From a virus, in UHGV virus genome UHGV-0242533: a DNA stretch of 64,000 bases. One strand, written 5' to 3'. Both the position numbers and the translations under genes were made by a program. A model generated the notes under the pieces. It was given only the letters and a program-made list of their open reading frames with translations, had not been told where the DNA came from and did not search any database. Positions 19,492-28,648 of the stretch are shown here, piece after piece. Every line of letters starts with the position of its first letter. Within the stretch, counting starts at the first letter, position 1.

Positions 19492-19812
19492 ATGTCAGTG
19501 TCCACTCGAATAACCTGTAAGCCTAAAGTGAGTATTCGTGCACAGCTTCAAAACTGTACAGGGGTAGTTCACTTGGAGTTTGAACACAGTGGAAGTCGGT
19601 ATAACGAAGGATTCACCGTAACCATCACCTCTGCATGGTTTAATTTGGTTCTCCTTCCTGATGAGGTATGCGCTGCAATTGGTGGTGTTAAGAAGGGTAG
19701 TTTAAACCTTATGTCAACCCCTGTAGGAAATGAATTGCTTTCTCTGGTTCAGAAAGGCGTATATAAAATGAACCTTATGTTAGATGCAATTACTGAAGAG
19801 AGTAAGGAGTGA
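19492..19812 (+). CDS. Hypothetical protein (106 aa)
   Basis: ORF track. Confidence 0.45.
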   Translation: MSVSTRITCKPKVSIRAQLQNCTGVVHLEFEHSGSRYNEGFTVTITSAWFNLVLLPDEVCAAIGGVKKGSLNLMSTPVGNELLSLVQKGVYKMNLMLDAITEESKE

Positions 19813-19816
19813 TTAA

Positions 19817-20035
19817 GTGGAAATTAAAGTAGTTGATTATCCTAAATATGCAAATGCAGAAGACGTTAAAGGTGGTGATGTTTTCTCTTACGATAGACGT
19901 TTCTGGCTGATGTTAGAAGATAAAACTCCTGATGGTTTGTGTAAGGCCGCCGATCTGAACAGTGGTTCTGTTGAAGTCTTTGGTCTATCAACAACTGTTA
20001 TGCCACGTCCTGATCTGTGTTTATCCCAAAAGTAA
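19817..20035 (+). CDS. Small protein, GDVF family (72 aa)
   Basis: Motif VKGGDVFSYDRRFWLMLED. Confidence 0.45.
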   Translation: MEIKVVDYPKYANAEDVKGGDVFSYDRRFWLMLEDKTPDGLCKAADLNSGSVEVFGLSTTVMPRPDLCLSQK

Positions 20036-20042
20036 CACCGAC

Positions 20043-20148
20043 TTATAGCCCTTGTGTTTATCAGAGGGCTATGTGAGGGTGTTCCTCATTAACTTATTAA
20101 TTCAGGCATATGCCACACCGCTAGGGAGAGCTTGCTCGAACATCCGGT
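20043..20148 (+). ncRNA. Conserved structured non-coding element, copy A (hairpin plus GCTAGGGAGAG...CTCGAACATCCG)
   Basis: Hairpin tagccct...agggcta then tgtgag; downstream ccgctagggagagcttgctcgaacatccggtg. A homologous element lies at 24293-24407. Confidence 0.35.
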
Positions 20149-20388
20149 GTTAGACTAAAACCTGTTAATTTTCGAAAGACTTTCTGATATGTAGGGGTAC
20201 GTATCGGTTTGGGATTCAGGAGACTTCCTAGGGGTAGGGAGTCTTCACCAGTTGGAATAAAAGGTAGCTCTAGAACCTGAACTCTTAGGCAGAGAAGGTC
20301 GGCAATGAATAGGCTACCAAGAAATTGGTGGCCTTTGTTGTTTTAATTAAGGGACAGCTCTTACTTAAACTAACAAGAGGAAGCTCAA

Positions 20389-20565
20389 ATGTCTAAGCAA
20401 ACAATCAAGAATACACAAGCTGGTTACTCTTATGTTAACTCTCCTTGCTGTGGTGCTCGTGTTAATCTGGTTAAGGAAGAGGTTCGTATCGTTCAGCGTG
20501 GCGCTACTGTTGTTCGTTCATGCTGTGTCTGTGGTAATGATATTTTTATCAAAGGTAAAGTATGA
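20389..20565 (+). CDS. Small zinc-ribbon protein (58 aa; below ORF-track cutoff)
   Basis: RBS aagagg; translation contains CC...CC...C clusters. Confidence 0.4.
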   Translation: MSKQTIKNTQAGYSYVNSPCCGARVNLVKEEVRIVQRGATVVRSCCVCGNDIFIKGKV

Positions 20566-20813
20566 AAAACTTTCAAGCTGCACCAATAACTAAAGTGATC
20601 GAAGTTGATGGTGTGATGATGACTGTTCCTCTGAACACTCGTTACATCGCAATTGACAAGATGGGTTATGTATGGGCTTGGAAGATTAAGCCTAGCTATA
20701 ACGCATTGTTTGATGAGTTTGTTTGTACTGGTACTTACAGTCCTACATTCTTAGGTTTGTTTGGAGAGTTTGATGGTAAGTATAAAATCATCACACTCCC
20801 TGCTTGTGCTTGA
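20562..20813 (+). CDS. Hypothetical protein (83 aa)
   Basis: ORF track; ATGA overlap with upstream ORF. Confidence 0.45.
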   Translation: MKNFQAAPITKVIEVDGVMMTVPLNTRYIAIDKMGYVWAWKIKPSYNALFDEFVCTGTYSPTFLGLFGEFDGKYKIITLPACA

Positions 20814-20820
20814 GGTTAGC

Positions 20821-20985
20821 ATGTTAAAGTGGTTTAAACGTCTATTCCATCTGCATGATTGGGAGACAATAAAAGAAATTCGTTTACACATATACAATGA
20901 GATCGGTCAAATAGAAGACACAGGTACTCGTTATATACTTCGATGTAAAACATGTGGTCATATCACCAAGAGAGATATGATCTAA
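20821..20985 (+). CDS. Small Cys/His protein (internal ATG of ORF 20761..20985)
   Basis: MLKWFKR...CKTCGH motif. Confidence 0.35.
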   Translation: MLKWFKRLFHLHDWETIKEIRLHIYNEIGQIEDTGTRYILRCKTCGHITKRDMI

Positions 20986-21090
20986 ATAGCTCTGCGCCGT
21001 TAGCTCAATTGTATAGAGCAGTTTCCTTCTAAGAAATTGGTTGGAGGTTAGAATCCTCCACGGTGCGCCAAATTGAATGAGAGGTGTGTT

Positions 21091-21390
21091 ATGTCATGGG
21101 GTGGTGTAATATCCTTAATCTGTATCTTCCTTGTCTGCATAGCCCTTACAGGCTGCGTACATAGCCGTCCTGATGGATGGTGTGCAGTAGCAGTGGAAGG
21201 TGTTTGTGTTTCTCGCTGGCATAAAGGTGAGAAGGTTCCTTCTGGTGAAATAGATATGCGCTGGAATGAAGCAACCTGTTCTAATGCTAACCCCTCTGTC
21301 AACGAAGAGAAATCTACACCGGATAATGTTGTGATTGATACAGCGTTGTGGTGTGGTGGCTCTGTAACAACAACCGGTAAGGAGTGGTGA
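21091..21390 (+). CDS. Lipoprotein, paralog of 12174..12503
   Basis: Signal plus lipobox ...CIALTGC; shared RPxGWCA-EG-CV-RW--G-KVP-GEIDM----A-CSN motif with the 12174 protein. Confidence 0.55.
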   Translation: MSWGGVISLICIFLVCIALTGCVHSRPDGWCAVAVEGVCVSRWHKGEKVPSGEIDMRWNEATCSNANPSVNEEKSTPDNVVIDTALWCGGSVTTTGKEW

Positions 21391-21391
21391 T

Positions 21392-21589
21392 ATGAATTAC
21401 ACATCTACAAAGGTGCTAATTGATTCGATTAATAGCTCCTCAGAAGCTGTACAGGAGCGTTTAATACAAGATGTTAGCAATGACATTAAGTTCTTTGTTA
21501 AGAGCCGACTGTTAGGTTCTAAGGCTTATTACAGAGCTAAAGCAGAGCTTACAAAGAGGGTGTTTCTTTTACATGGTTTGGTATATTAA
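21392..21589 (+). CDS. Hypothetical protein (65 aa)
   Basis: ORF track. Confidence 0.4.
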   Translation: MNYTSTKVLIDSINSSSEAVQERLIQDVSNDIKFFVKSRLLGSKAYYRAKAELTKRVFLLHGLVY

Positions 21590-21598
21590 GGAACTTAT

Positions 21599-21820
21599 AT
21601 GAAACTAGACTCTAAGCAGTCACTTAAAACCGTTGAGCTGTCCACGCTGCCAAACGGAAGTATTTTTGGTCATGATAAACACTTCTGGATTAAAACAGAC
21701 ATCATAGACGATGGATATATCACCTGTGTCAATCTTTGGAACGGCTCAGTGGATGGCTATCGCCCTAGCACAAAGGTGGTACCTCAGCCCGATGCAAAGG
21801 CTATAGGTTTAGTTTACTAA
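21599..21820 (+). CDS. Small protein, GDVF-like family (73 aa)
   Basis: Motif LPNGSIFGHDKHFWIKTD. Confidence 0.45.
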   Translation: MKLDSKQSLKTVELSTLPNGSIFGHDKHFWIKTDIIDDGYITCVNLWNGSVDGYRPSTKVVPQPDAKAIGLVY

Positions 21821-21829
21821 GGAGCCTGT

Positions 21830-22003
21830 ATGAGTTGTTTTGGTGGCGGTGAAATAGACGACGATTATGACATGGAATCTAACGGCACATGTCCTGACTG
21901 TGGGTGCGAAACATTTGATGGAGTGTCAGTATATCCTACCTGTAGTTATTCACCAGTGATCTGTAAAACATGTGGAGATCAACCTTGTGATGAGTCTTGT
22001 TAG
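21830..22003 (+). CDS. Small Cys-rich protein (57 aa; below ORF-track cutoff)
   Basis: RBS aaggag; CPDCGC...C...CKTCGDQPCDESC. Confidence 0.4.
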   Translation: MSCFGGGEIDDDYDMESNGTCPDCGCETFDGVSVYPTCSYSPVICKTCGDQPCDESC

Positions 22004-22232
22004 TGTGTTAATAGCCTATCTGATAGGATCAGTAGTATCAGGTGTTCTGATTAAGATTATAGATGTTAAAGGAAATCAGTGTTTCCGAGGTTGGGATGGT
22101 GAGCCAGACCTTGGAAAGATAGCAGCTATGGTTTTCTTGTGGCCTATTATTGCTGTACTATTTATAGCACTCGTAGCATGGGCTGCTCTTTGGGATTTCA
22201 TCCTTCCTAACAAAAAGTATGAGGACTCATGA
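21972..22232 (+). CDS. Small membrane protein (likely start at internal ATG 21990)
   Basis: Two hydrophobic helices. Confidence 0.45.
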   Translation: MEINLVMSLVSVLIAYLIGSVVSGVLIKIIDVKGNQCFRGWDGEPDLGKIAAMVFLWPIIAVLFIALVAWAALWDFILPNKKYEDS

Positions 22233-22650
22233 CTAAAGAATTTTTAGAGTGGTTTGGTGATACCTTCAAAGAGTATCTATTCTCTCCAGAAGACTTTGAA
22301 GAACTGAAAACCTACACTTGGTTGGCTTGGAGAGATAGCCGACGAGAGATGAATAAGTAATATCGTGAAGGATTCTTACGAGAGTCCTTTGAGATAGGAC
22401 TTCAGATCTCCTATCAAACTAACATTCATGTAACTAGCCCATAAGGGCGTTACCCTTTAATAACCCAGCCCACTAAGGGGGCGGGAGTTTAGTGCTGGAT
22501 TAGCATAACGCTTATTCCTACAAAGGCAACCGATTGTTAGATCTTACATGCAATATTAATTAATAGGATAAGGGAGGATTCGTCCCCTCCCCCTATTTTA
22601 TTGAATCTTTATCTAAGCAAGTCTTATATAAATGTTTAATTGGAGGATGT

Positions 22651-22962
22651 ATGAAAGCACGAAGAACTATATGGACTCCGATGCAGATTGAAAATCTTCG
22701 GAGACTAATCAAAGAGTACTCGGTTCAAGAGGTTGCTCAGATTATGAATGTAACGGAGAATGCAGTTAACACAGCTTGCACTAAATTCGGGATATCAAGA
22801 GCTTCAATCCGAGTTAAATGGTCTGAAGAAGAAGACCAGTTCCTTATCCGTAATGCTGGGTTCATGTCTATTCAGAGAATGGCTGACATGCTCGGTAGAA
22901 GTTATGCTGCTGTACAGAACAGGGCATGTATGCACCTTAATATTAGCCTGAAACTTAAATAG
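22651..22962 (+). CDS. Putative DNA-binding protein with two tandem HTH-like repeats
   Basis: Internal duplication: W-T-P-MQIENL...VQEVAQIM and W-S-EEEDQFL...IQRMADML. Confidence 0.4.
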   Translation: MKARRTIWTPMQIENLRRLIKEYSVQEVAQIMNVTENAVNTACTKFGISRASIRVKWSEEEDQFLIRNAGFMSIQRMADMLGRSYAAVQNRACMHLNISLKLK

Positions 22963-22970
22963 GAATCAAG

Positions 22971-23201
22971 ATGAATTTTGAGCTAGTACCAAAAAGCAAA
23001 ACACCCTCCAAGACTTTTTCTGACTTGGAGAATGGAGATGTTTTTCGTTTTACTGGTGACAATGTGGTCCCTAAATTCTGGATAAAAACAGGGGAACATT
23101 CTGCAATGTGTGTTCGGAACTCTAAAGATATTTTCTTTCCGGTCCCTCTGTCCAATACTGTTGATCTGTTCGAATCTAAACTTATTATTCAGGGTAAATA
23201 G
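22971..23201 (+). CDS. Small protein, GDVF family (76 aa)
   Basis: Motif LENGDVFRF...FWIKTGEH. Confidence 0.45.
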   Translation: MNFELVPKSKTPSKTFSDLENGDVFRFTGDNVVPKFWIKTGEHSAMCVRNSKDIFFPVPLSNTVDLFESKLIIQGK

Positions 23202-23202
23202 T

Positions 23203-23598
23203 ATGAAGATTACTCACAAGAAAGAAGAAGTGACTACGGTTGATCTCAACTCACTTCCCAGCGGAACTGTGTTTAAGTTTCCTGACAATGCAACCCTGTA
23301 TGTCAAAGGGTCTGTGTCTGCAAGCCCAAACGTTACCATCAACTCTGACAGAAGCACCATTAATATTAAAGTTAAGCATAAGAAAGAGAACATCCTCAGG
23401 GTTATGGATTTATTCAGAGCCGACGTCTTTACTTTAAAACAGTGTCCAACTTCCCATACCTACATGCTAACGAACCCGAGCAATGGTCTTAAGCCCGCTG
23501 GGGCGGTTAATCTGGGAACTGGAGAACTTCGGACAATTGCTGGTGATATGGTTGTTGATGAGAAGTTTAGTAAAGTCGAAATGATCTTAACTCCTTAG
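23203..23598 (+). CDS. Protein with N-terminal GDVF-like module (start at internal ATG 23203)
   Basis: Motif LPSGTVFKFPDNATLYVKGS; start 2 nt after upstream stop. Confidence 0.45.
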   Translation: MKITHKKEEVTTVDLNSLPSGTVFKFPDNATLYVKGSVSASPNVTINSDRSTINIKVKHKKENILRVMDLFRADVFTLKQCPTSHTYMLTNPSNGLKPAGAVNLGTGELRTIAGDMVVDEKFSKVEMILTP

Positions 23599-23735
23599 GA
23601 AAACAAATGAGACTTAAAGCATATTCTTATGACGATATGATTAACCAAAAAGGCTTCGGTCAACGACAGCCTGACGGTTCAATTATCTGGTTCGTAAACG
23701 GACAGAAAAAGGTAGCTAAATAAGCCCTCTTCTCT

Positions 23736-23756
23736 CCTCCTTTTAGTACTATGACG
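23736..23756 (+). promoter_or_regulatory. Conserved motif CTCCTTTTAGTACTATGACGC (copy 2)
   Basis: Shares the identical 17-mer with 16901-16921. Confidence 0.4.
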
Positions 23757-23830
23757 CCTCTCTGTGGGCAGCCCAATTTGCGTAGGGAATTCCCTCTACG
23801 CAGCCATGACTTTTTTAAGGAATTTCCCCT

Positions 23831-24064
23831 ATGTCTAAAGTAAGTGCAATTGATGCAATCCGTCAACCGTTCCAGTTCCAATCCAAATCAACCCAAACCT
23901 TCAGCGAACCTAAGCAAATTCGCTTGGGTGGAACAGAGAAAACTGTGTTCGATCTGGCTAAAAACAAGAGCGTTACCGTAGTTGATGGTGGCACTCTGGT
24001 TAACGTTTCTCATCGCATCCGCACTGGCAAAACTTCCAAAGATCGTGCTAAGAAAGGCGAGTAA
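23831..24064 (+). CDS. Hypothetical protein (77 aa)
   Basis: ORF track; downstream of conserved motif. Confidence 0.5.
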   Translation: MSKVSAIDAIRQPFQFQSKSTQTFSEPKQIRLGGTEKTVFDLAKNKSVTVVDGGTLVNVSHRIRTGKTSKDRAKKGE

Positions 24065-24279
24065 TGATAACGCTTGTGTCGATCGTTCACAGAATACACT
24101 ATCGTCTAGACAAAGGTAAAACCTATAAGTGCAAGAGTAAGACAGGCAATAGATGCTCTGTAGAAAACAACTCTGGTCAATGGGTGGATGTACCTTGTTG
24201 TTGGTTCAGGAAAGATTTGACTAACAAAGAAATTGACGAAATCCTTAGTGATGGTTTTGTAAAATCAAGTGATTTTTAG
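24064..24279 (+). CDS. Hypothetical protein (71 aa)
   Basis: ORF track; overlapping start/stop. Confidence 0.45.
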   Translation: MITLVSIVHRIHYRLDKGKTYKCKSKTGNRCSVENNSGQWVDVPCCWFRKDLTNKEIDEILSDGFVKSSDF

Positions 24280-24292
24280 TTGTAGTAACGCC

Positions 24293-24407
24293 TATAGCCT
24301 TCTTCGGAGGGCTATGTGAGTTATTCTGACTCAACTAACCTAATCTTAATATATTTCCCGTATGGGGCCGATGCTAGGGAGAGGAACATTCCTCGAACAT
24401 CCGTCGG
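24293..24407 (+). ncRNA. Conserved structured non-coding element, copy B
   Basis: Hairpin tagccttc-ttcg-gagggcta then tgtgag; downstream gatgctagggagaggaacattcctcgaacatccgtcgg. Confidence 0.35.
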
Positions 24408-24669
24408 ATAGATATTTTAAGAGCAGGTTATCCACAGATATTGGGTAATATCTTTTTGTATTTAAAGCTTGACTCTTTTCGGAGAGTCCTTTTTTAAATT
24501 CAACGAGAGGAAATATGTCTAAATTAGATTTAAAACTGCTAGCAGCAGCGATAGTGATTTGTGCACTAGCACTGGTAACGCAGAGAACATCTGGATTTAT
24601 TCAGTGTTTCTTTTCTGGGCAATCCACTTATCAGTGGGTTATTGACGAGTGTAAACAACAGGAGTAAGT

Positions 24670-25032
24670 ATGAATACACGTCCCATCAAGGGCAACGTTA
24701 ATATTGAAACTCTGAACAAGGTTGCATCAAACCTCGGTGGAATGTCCAACGATGAGCTTGAGCAAGAACTTGCTTGGATTGCAAATGGTATCAAAGTTGC
24801 TAAAGGTAAGATTGCTCGTGAGCAAAGCAACATGAAAGCTCACAAGTATGTCATCCGTCATGCAAACATGTTACCAGAACGGGTTGTACATCTTGCCCGT
24901 AAAAGCTACGCAGATGCAAAGAAAGCTCTGGAAGAAGCTACTTTCCAGAAGCATCAATTTATGAACAACTATCGAAACTTCCGAGATATTCTCTATATCC
25001 GTAAATCGATTGAGTTAATTAAAAACCAATAG
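24670..25032 (+). CDS. Hypothetical protein (120 aa), first gene of enzyme cluster
   Basis: ORF track. Confidence 0.5.
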   Translation: MNTRPIKGNVNIETLNKVASNLGGMSNDELEQELAWIANGIKVAKGKIAREQSNMKAHKYVIRHANMLPERVVHLARKSYADAKKALEEATFQKHQFMNNYRNFRDILYIRKSIELIKNQ

Positions 25033-25043
25033 AGGCTGGTATA

Positions 25044-26240
25044 ATGTTTCCAGTAACATTAGAAGATACTGAAGGTAATGTTTTAACGGTCAACCCTCCT
25101 TGTTATGGGTTCCTTCAACTTCGCAACTATAATGGTGGCGTTGATGAAGACGACGAAGATGATGACTACTTCGACCCTAACATGTATGAGGCAACTCATG
25201 GATGGAATATGCACGTTCGAGTGTGGCATGAAGAAGCTAACGTTCGTAGTGCTGATGGGGAAGAGTTCCTGTTAAGCCGAGAGATGGATATGTGTAAAAT
25301 CAAGCATATCTGGAACTCTGGAACTCATATGAAGATGTTAGGTTTTAGACGTTGGCGTGATGAAAAGCATGTAGCTGAAGCTTTAAGTTGGTGTTCGTAT
25401 GAAGATGAAGACACGCCCCCTAAGAATAACATTGAACGTTGGAACGACAAAAATCCTGAACATCAAACCACACCTCGTGCTGTACTGGAAGCTATGGAAG
25501 CATTTGTGGACAAAGATCGTCCCTCCTGTTTACGCTGGCACGATAAAGGTTTTATGGGGGTAGCAACTGAAAATGTTCCTGCTGATCGTTGTCTATTCTA
25601 TTTGATGTTAGATCGAACCTTCTATTGTGAAGATGAAGAGAGTCAAGTTGAAACCTTCCTCCACAAATGGTTGGTTGAAGGCTGGACAATCCTTCAGGCT
25701 TATGTTTACTCACGAATGGTTAGCACTTACACTAACCTCTTAGGGGAAACGAAAGCAACTCTGGTTGGTAATGATTGGGATGCTTGTATCTTCCCAGCGT
25801 CGCTGTTTACAGTCGGCATGGCTGATAAATACGCTGAAGCATTTCAAGTGCCTTGGCGTCAACAGTCATACAGAGATGGATGCGGTCACTTTCGTGATGA
25901 AGACTTTAAGTGGATTCATTATGAGAACGACGAAACAGCAGAATTGCGAGTTAACAACTCAATGTTCTTGCCAGTGATGCACCCCGATCTAGTAAAAGAT
26001 GGGTCAGAGATACTTAAAGGTGATAATCTTTTGGTTAACTTTACCCGTCGCGTGTCTAAAAATGAGAGAACAGCTAACAGGTTAATCTACGGCATTCGTG
26101 CCGAGGCTAAAGACCTGTTCAACATCTACAACATTGTTCAGCGATTTAGTAGTGGAACTCTGGACCAAAGTTCGGAGTATTCAGTGATTCCGTCCTCTGA
26201 GTGGGATGGTATTATGAGCGGATTATATTTAGGAAAATAA
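25044..26240 (+). CDS. Hypothetical protein (398 aa) in amidoligase cluster
   Basis: ORF track; acidic N-terminal stretch; no recognised motif. Confidence 0.55.
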   Translation: MFPVTLEDTEGNVLTVNPPCYGFLQLRNYNGGVDEDDEDDDYFDPNMYEATHGWNMHVRVWHEEANVRSADGEEFLLSREMDMCKIKHIWNSGTHMKMLGFRRWRDEKHVAEALSWCSYEDEDTPPKNNIERWNDKNPEHQTTPRAVLEAMEAFVDKDRPSCLRWHDKGFMGVATENVPADRCLFYLMLDRTFYCEDEESQVETFLHKWLVEGWTILQAYVYSRMVSTYTNLLGETKATLVGNDWDACIFPASLFTVGMADKYAEAFQVPWRQQSYRDGCGHFRDEDFKWIHYENDETAELRVNNSMFLPVMHPDLVKDGSEILKGDNLLVNFTRRVSKNERTANRLIYGIRAEAKDLFNIYNIVQRFSSGTLDQSSEYSVIPSSEWDGIMSGLYLGK

Positions 26241-26250
26241 AAGGTTAGTT

Positions 26251-27222
26251 ATGTCAATCTCCACAACGATCGTACCTCTTAATCTTCAACAAGATTTAGG
26301 GGAACAGAAGTTCTTAGGTCGTGGGTGCTTCGGTATCCACAACTACATGCAAGGCCAGTGTGTAAATGACATTAATGGTGAAGTTATCACGGAAGAAGGG
26401 CGCTATCGTCGCTTCAACCGCGATATCAACTTGCAACTGGAGATGTTGAATTACTGGACTCACTCTTTTCATGGTCATGTTACATCTGATATTGAAAAGA
26501 ATTTGGTTGAAACAGCAGACATTATGAACTCCATGTCTTGCTATCGTGACGTATTTACGATCACTTCAGCGAATAGTGTTGCTGTCAACCTTCGTGAGCA
26601 TCCAGCAGATCAGATCTTCACAGGACTTATGCTTTTCCGTAGCATTCTGGAAGGGCAGTATCGTGGAATGGATTTCCTATCAGAAGGAATTGAAGACAGG
26701 GAAGAGTGGCTGAAGCGTAAACGCATCGGCATCGCTCTAGTGTTAGCTGGGTTGGGTCGTGACTTCTTCGGTGGATGGTCTCAACGAGGAAGAGCCAATG
26801 GGAGTAGCGAGAGCACCTCTATTGTTATTAACAACAATATGTCAGCAGCAGCATTCCTTCCTTTGGTTGTAGACTCTGATGAATACACGAAGCAAGTATG
26901 GGTTCAAAACCCCTTCGGTGTTGGCGACAACGAGAATGGTTATGTTCGTAACCATAACCAAGATGCCTTACGAAGATTTGCTCGTGCTAAAGATCAAGAC
27001 CCGGACGAGTATGAAACAATGTCAGAGTGGTTAAGACTCTGGTCCAACTGTTATGGTCACAAACGTGAAGCAATAGACGACAAGTTGGGAAACATTACAG
27101 TACAAAACTTTACAGCCCGACTGATTCAAAGAACTGGAGCAGATTCCGGTCTTACTCTTGAAGAAGTTGGTAACACAATCTCATCTCTCTTTTCTGAACT
27201 AGTGGAGTATTACAATGACTAA
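26251..27222 (+). CDS. Hypothetical protein (323 aa) in amidoligase cluster
   Basis: ORF track. Confidence 0.55.
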   Translation: MSISTTIVPLNLQQDLGEQKFLGRGCFGIHNYMQGQCVNDINGEVITEEGRYRRFNRDINLQLEMLNYWTHSFHGHVTSDIEKNLVETADIMNSMSCYRDVFTITSANSVAVNLREHPADQIFTGLMLFRSILEGQYRGMDFLSEGIEDREEWLKRKRIGIALVLAGLGRDFFGGWSQRGRANGSSESTSIVINNNMSAAAFLPLVVDSDEYTKQVWVQNPFGVGDNENGYVRNHNQDALRRFARAKDQDPDEYETMSEWLRLWSNCYGHKREAIDDKLGNITVQNFTARLIQRTGADSGLTLEEVGNTISSLFSELVEYYND

Positions 27223-28021
27223 GCGCAAATTCCTTATCGGCTCTGACCCTGAAATGTTTGTTCGTACTAGCAATGGTATCATCACTTCTGTAGCCGGTTT
27301 ATTAGGCTGCTCTAAGGACGATAAGATCGCTCTGGCTAAGGATGTTCGTCTCCAAGAGGACAACGTACTGGCTGAGTTTGATATTGACCCACAGAGCGGT
27401 TTTGAAGCGTTTAACGATAACATGCAACGTGGTATTGATCTCACCAATAATGTCCTGAACAAACTGGACATGGAAACAGCTCCGGGTGTTAGCTCTCACA
27501 TCTTCACTGAAGAAGAGATGAAGACCTTTAATGAATCAGCGTTCATCTTCGGGTGCACTCCTGATTTCAACGCCTTCACTGGTCAGAAAAACCCATCCCC
27601 GACTTCTCAGAATAAGGGACTTCGTACTGCCGGTGGTCACGTACATCTTGGCGTAGTTGGTGCTTTGGATATCACTCTGCAAACTCAGATGATGCTGGGT
27701 GTGTTGTGTGACTACTTCCTGTCTCTCCCAGCAGTAATTATGGACAAAGATACTCGCCGTAAAGAACTCTACGGTAAAGCATCTGCAATCCGTTATAAAG
27801 ACTATGGTATTGAATACCGTTCTCTGTCTAACTTCTGGATTAGTGATCGTGAAAACCGTAAGTTTGTTTACGATCAGGTTGACAAGGTTGTTCAGCAGTG
27901 TGATATGTCCACCCTGATGGCATTGCACTCTCGCCTTCCGATTGAGAAGCTTCATGAAATCATTAACGGGAACAACGTTAAAGAAGCTGACCAGCAGATC
28001 AAACTCCTTCAGGTAGCATAA
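27215..28021 (+). CDS. Putative carboxylate-amine ligase (GCS2/amidoligase-like), 268 aa
   Basis: N-terminal GSDPEMFV acidic motif and GGHVHLG motif, reminiscent of the glutamine-synthetase-like carboxylate-amine ligase fold; weak. Confidence 0.35.
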   Translation: MTKRKFLIGSDPEMFVRTSNGIITSVAGLLGCSKDDKIALAKDVRLQEDNVLAEFDIDPQSGFEAFNDNMQRGIDLTNNVLNKLDMETAPGVSSHIFTEEEMKTFNESAFIFGCTPDFNAFTGQKNPSPTSQNKGLRTAGGHVHLGVVGALDITLQTQMMLGVLCDYFLSLPAVIMDKDTRRKELYGKASAIRYKDYGIEYRSLSNFWISDRENRKFVYDQVDKVVQQCDMSTLMALHSRLPIEKLHEIINGNNVKEADQQIKLLQVA

Positions 28022-28030
28022 GAGGTTATC

Positions 28031-28648
28031 GTGAGCTTAGTAGCTGATTTTTCTCATTACTATAATGGTACATGGATTGCTAAACGAGCAGGCAATATCA
28101 ACCTTCCGTGTTTTGTGATTGGTGTTGAGCAGAGCGGTAACTTCCGCAGCGATGACTTCTCGCATGAAGCAGAACAGGCTCTGTATTTTGTTGTAGAGCA
28201 GTGGTACAAGAACGAGCATGGGAATCTCCGAAACACTACGATGAATATTCCAGTGTTCGACCCAACCTTGATTCTCGAATCACCTGATGTTGGTTATCTG
28301 TTCCATAACGGTAACACTGTAAGCTGGACTCATATCAATCCTGTTCGTCAGAGAGCGAAGGGTTTGATGGGTAACAAGATTCGAAACGCTCCGGGGATTG
28401 GTCGTTCGATCTCTGGTGAAATGGTTTACAGTCTGTTCAATCCTGAATTTGATGGATTGGTTACTCGTTATATTTACATCAATCCTACAGATGGTAAAGT
28501 GCATTATAAAGGTGCACTGGTAGGTCAGGTAGATCTGGAAGCGCCTCGTGACTCTTACGGTCAACAACCGATGCGACTTCTGGAACATTTTCATCACATC
28601 TCTGAAAACCTTAGCAATTATAATATTACGTTGGTGGATTCGTTATGA
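28031..28648 (+). CDS. Hypothetical protein (205 aa)
   Basis: GTG start with RBS agaggt. Confidence 0.45.
   Translation: MSLVADFSHYYNGTWIAKRAGNINLPCFVIGVEQSGNFRSDDFSHEAEQALYFVVEQWYKNEHGNLRNTTMNIPVFDPTLILESPDVGYLFHNGNTVSWTHINPVRQRAKGLMGNKIRNAPGIGRSISGEMVYSLFNPEFDGLVTRYIYINPTDGKVHYKGALVGQVDLEAPRDSYGQQPMRLLEHFHHISENLSNYNITLVDSL

Noticed and set aside
20043-24407. Considered the conserved hairpin elements as intrinsic terminators
   Set aside because: They lack a U-run after the stem, unlike the clear terminators elsewhere; kept as structured elements of unknown function.
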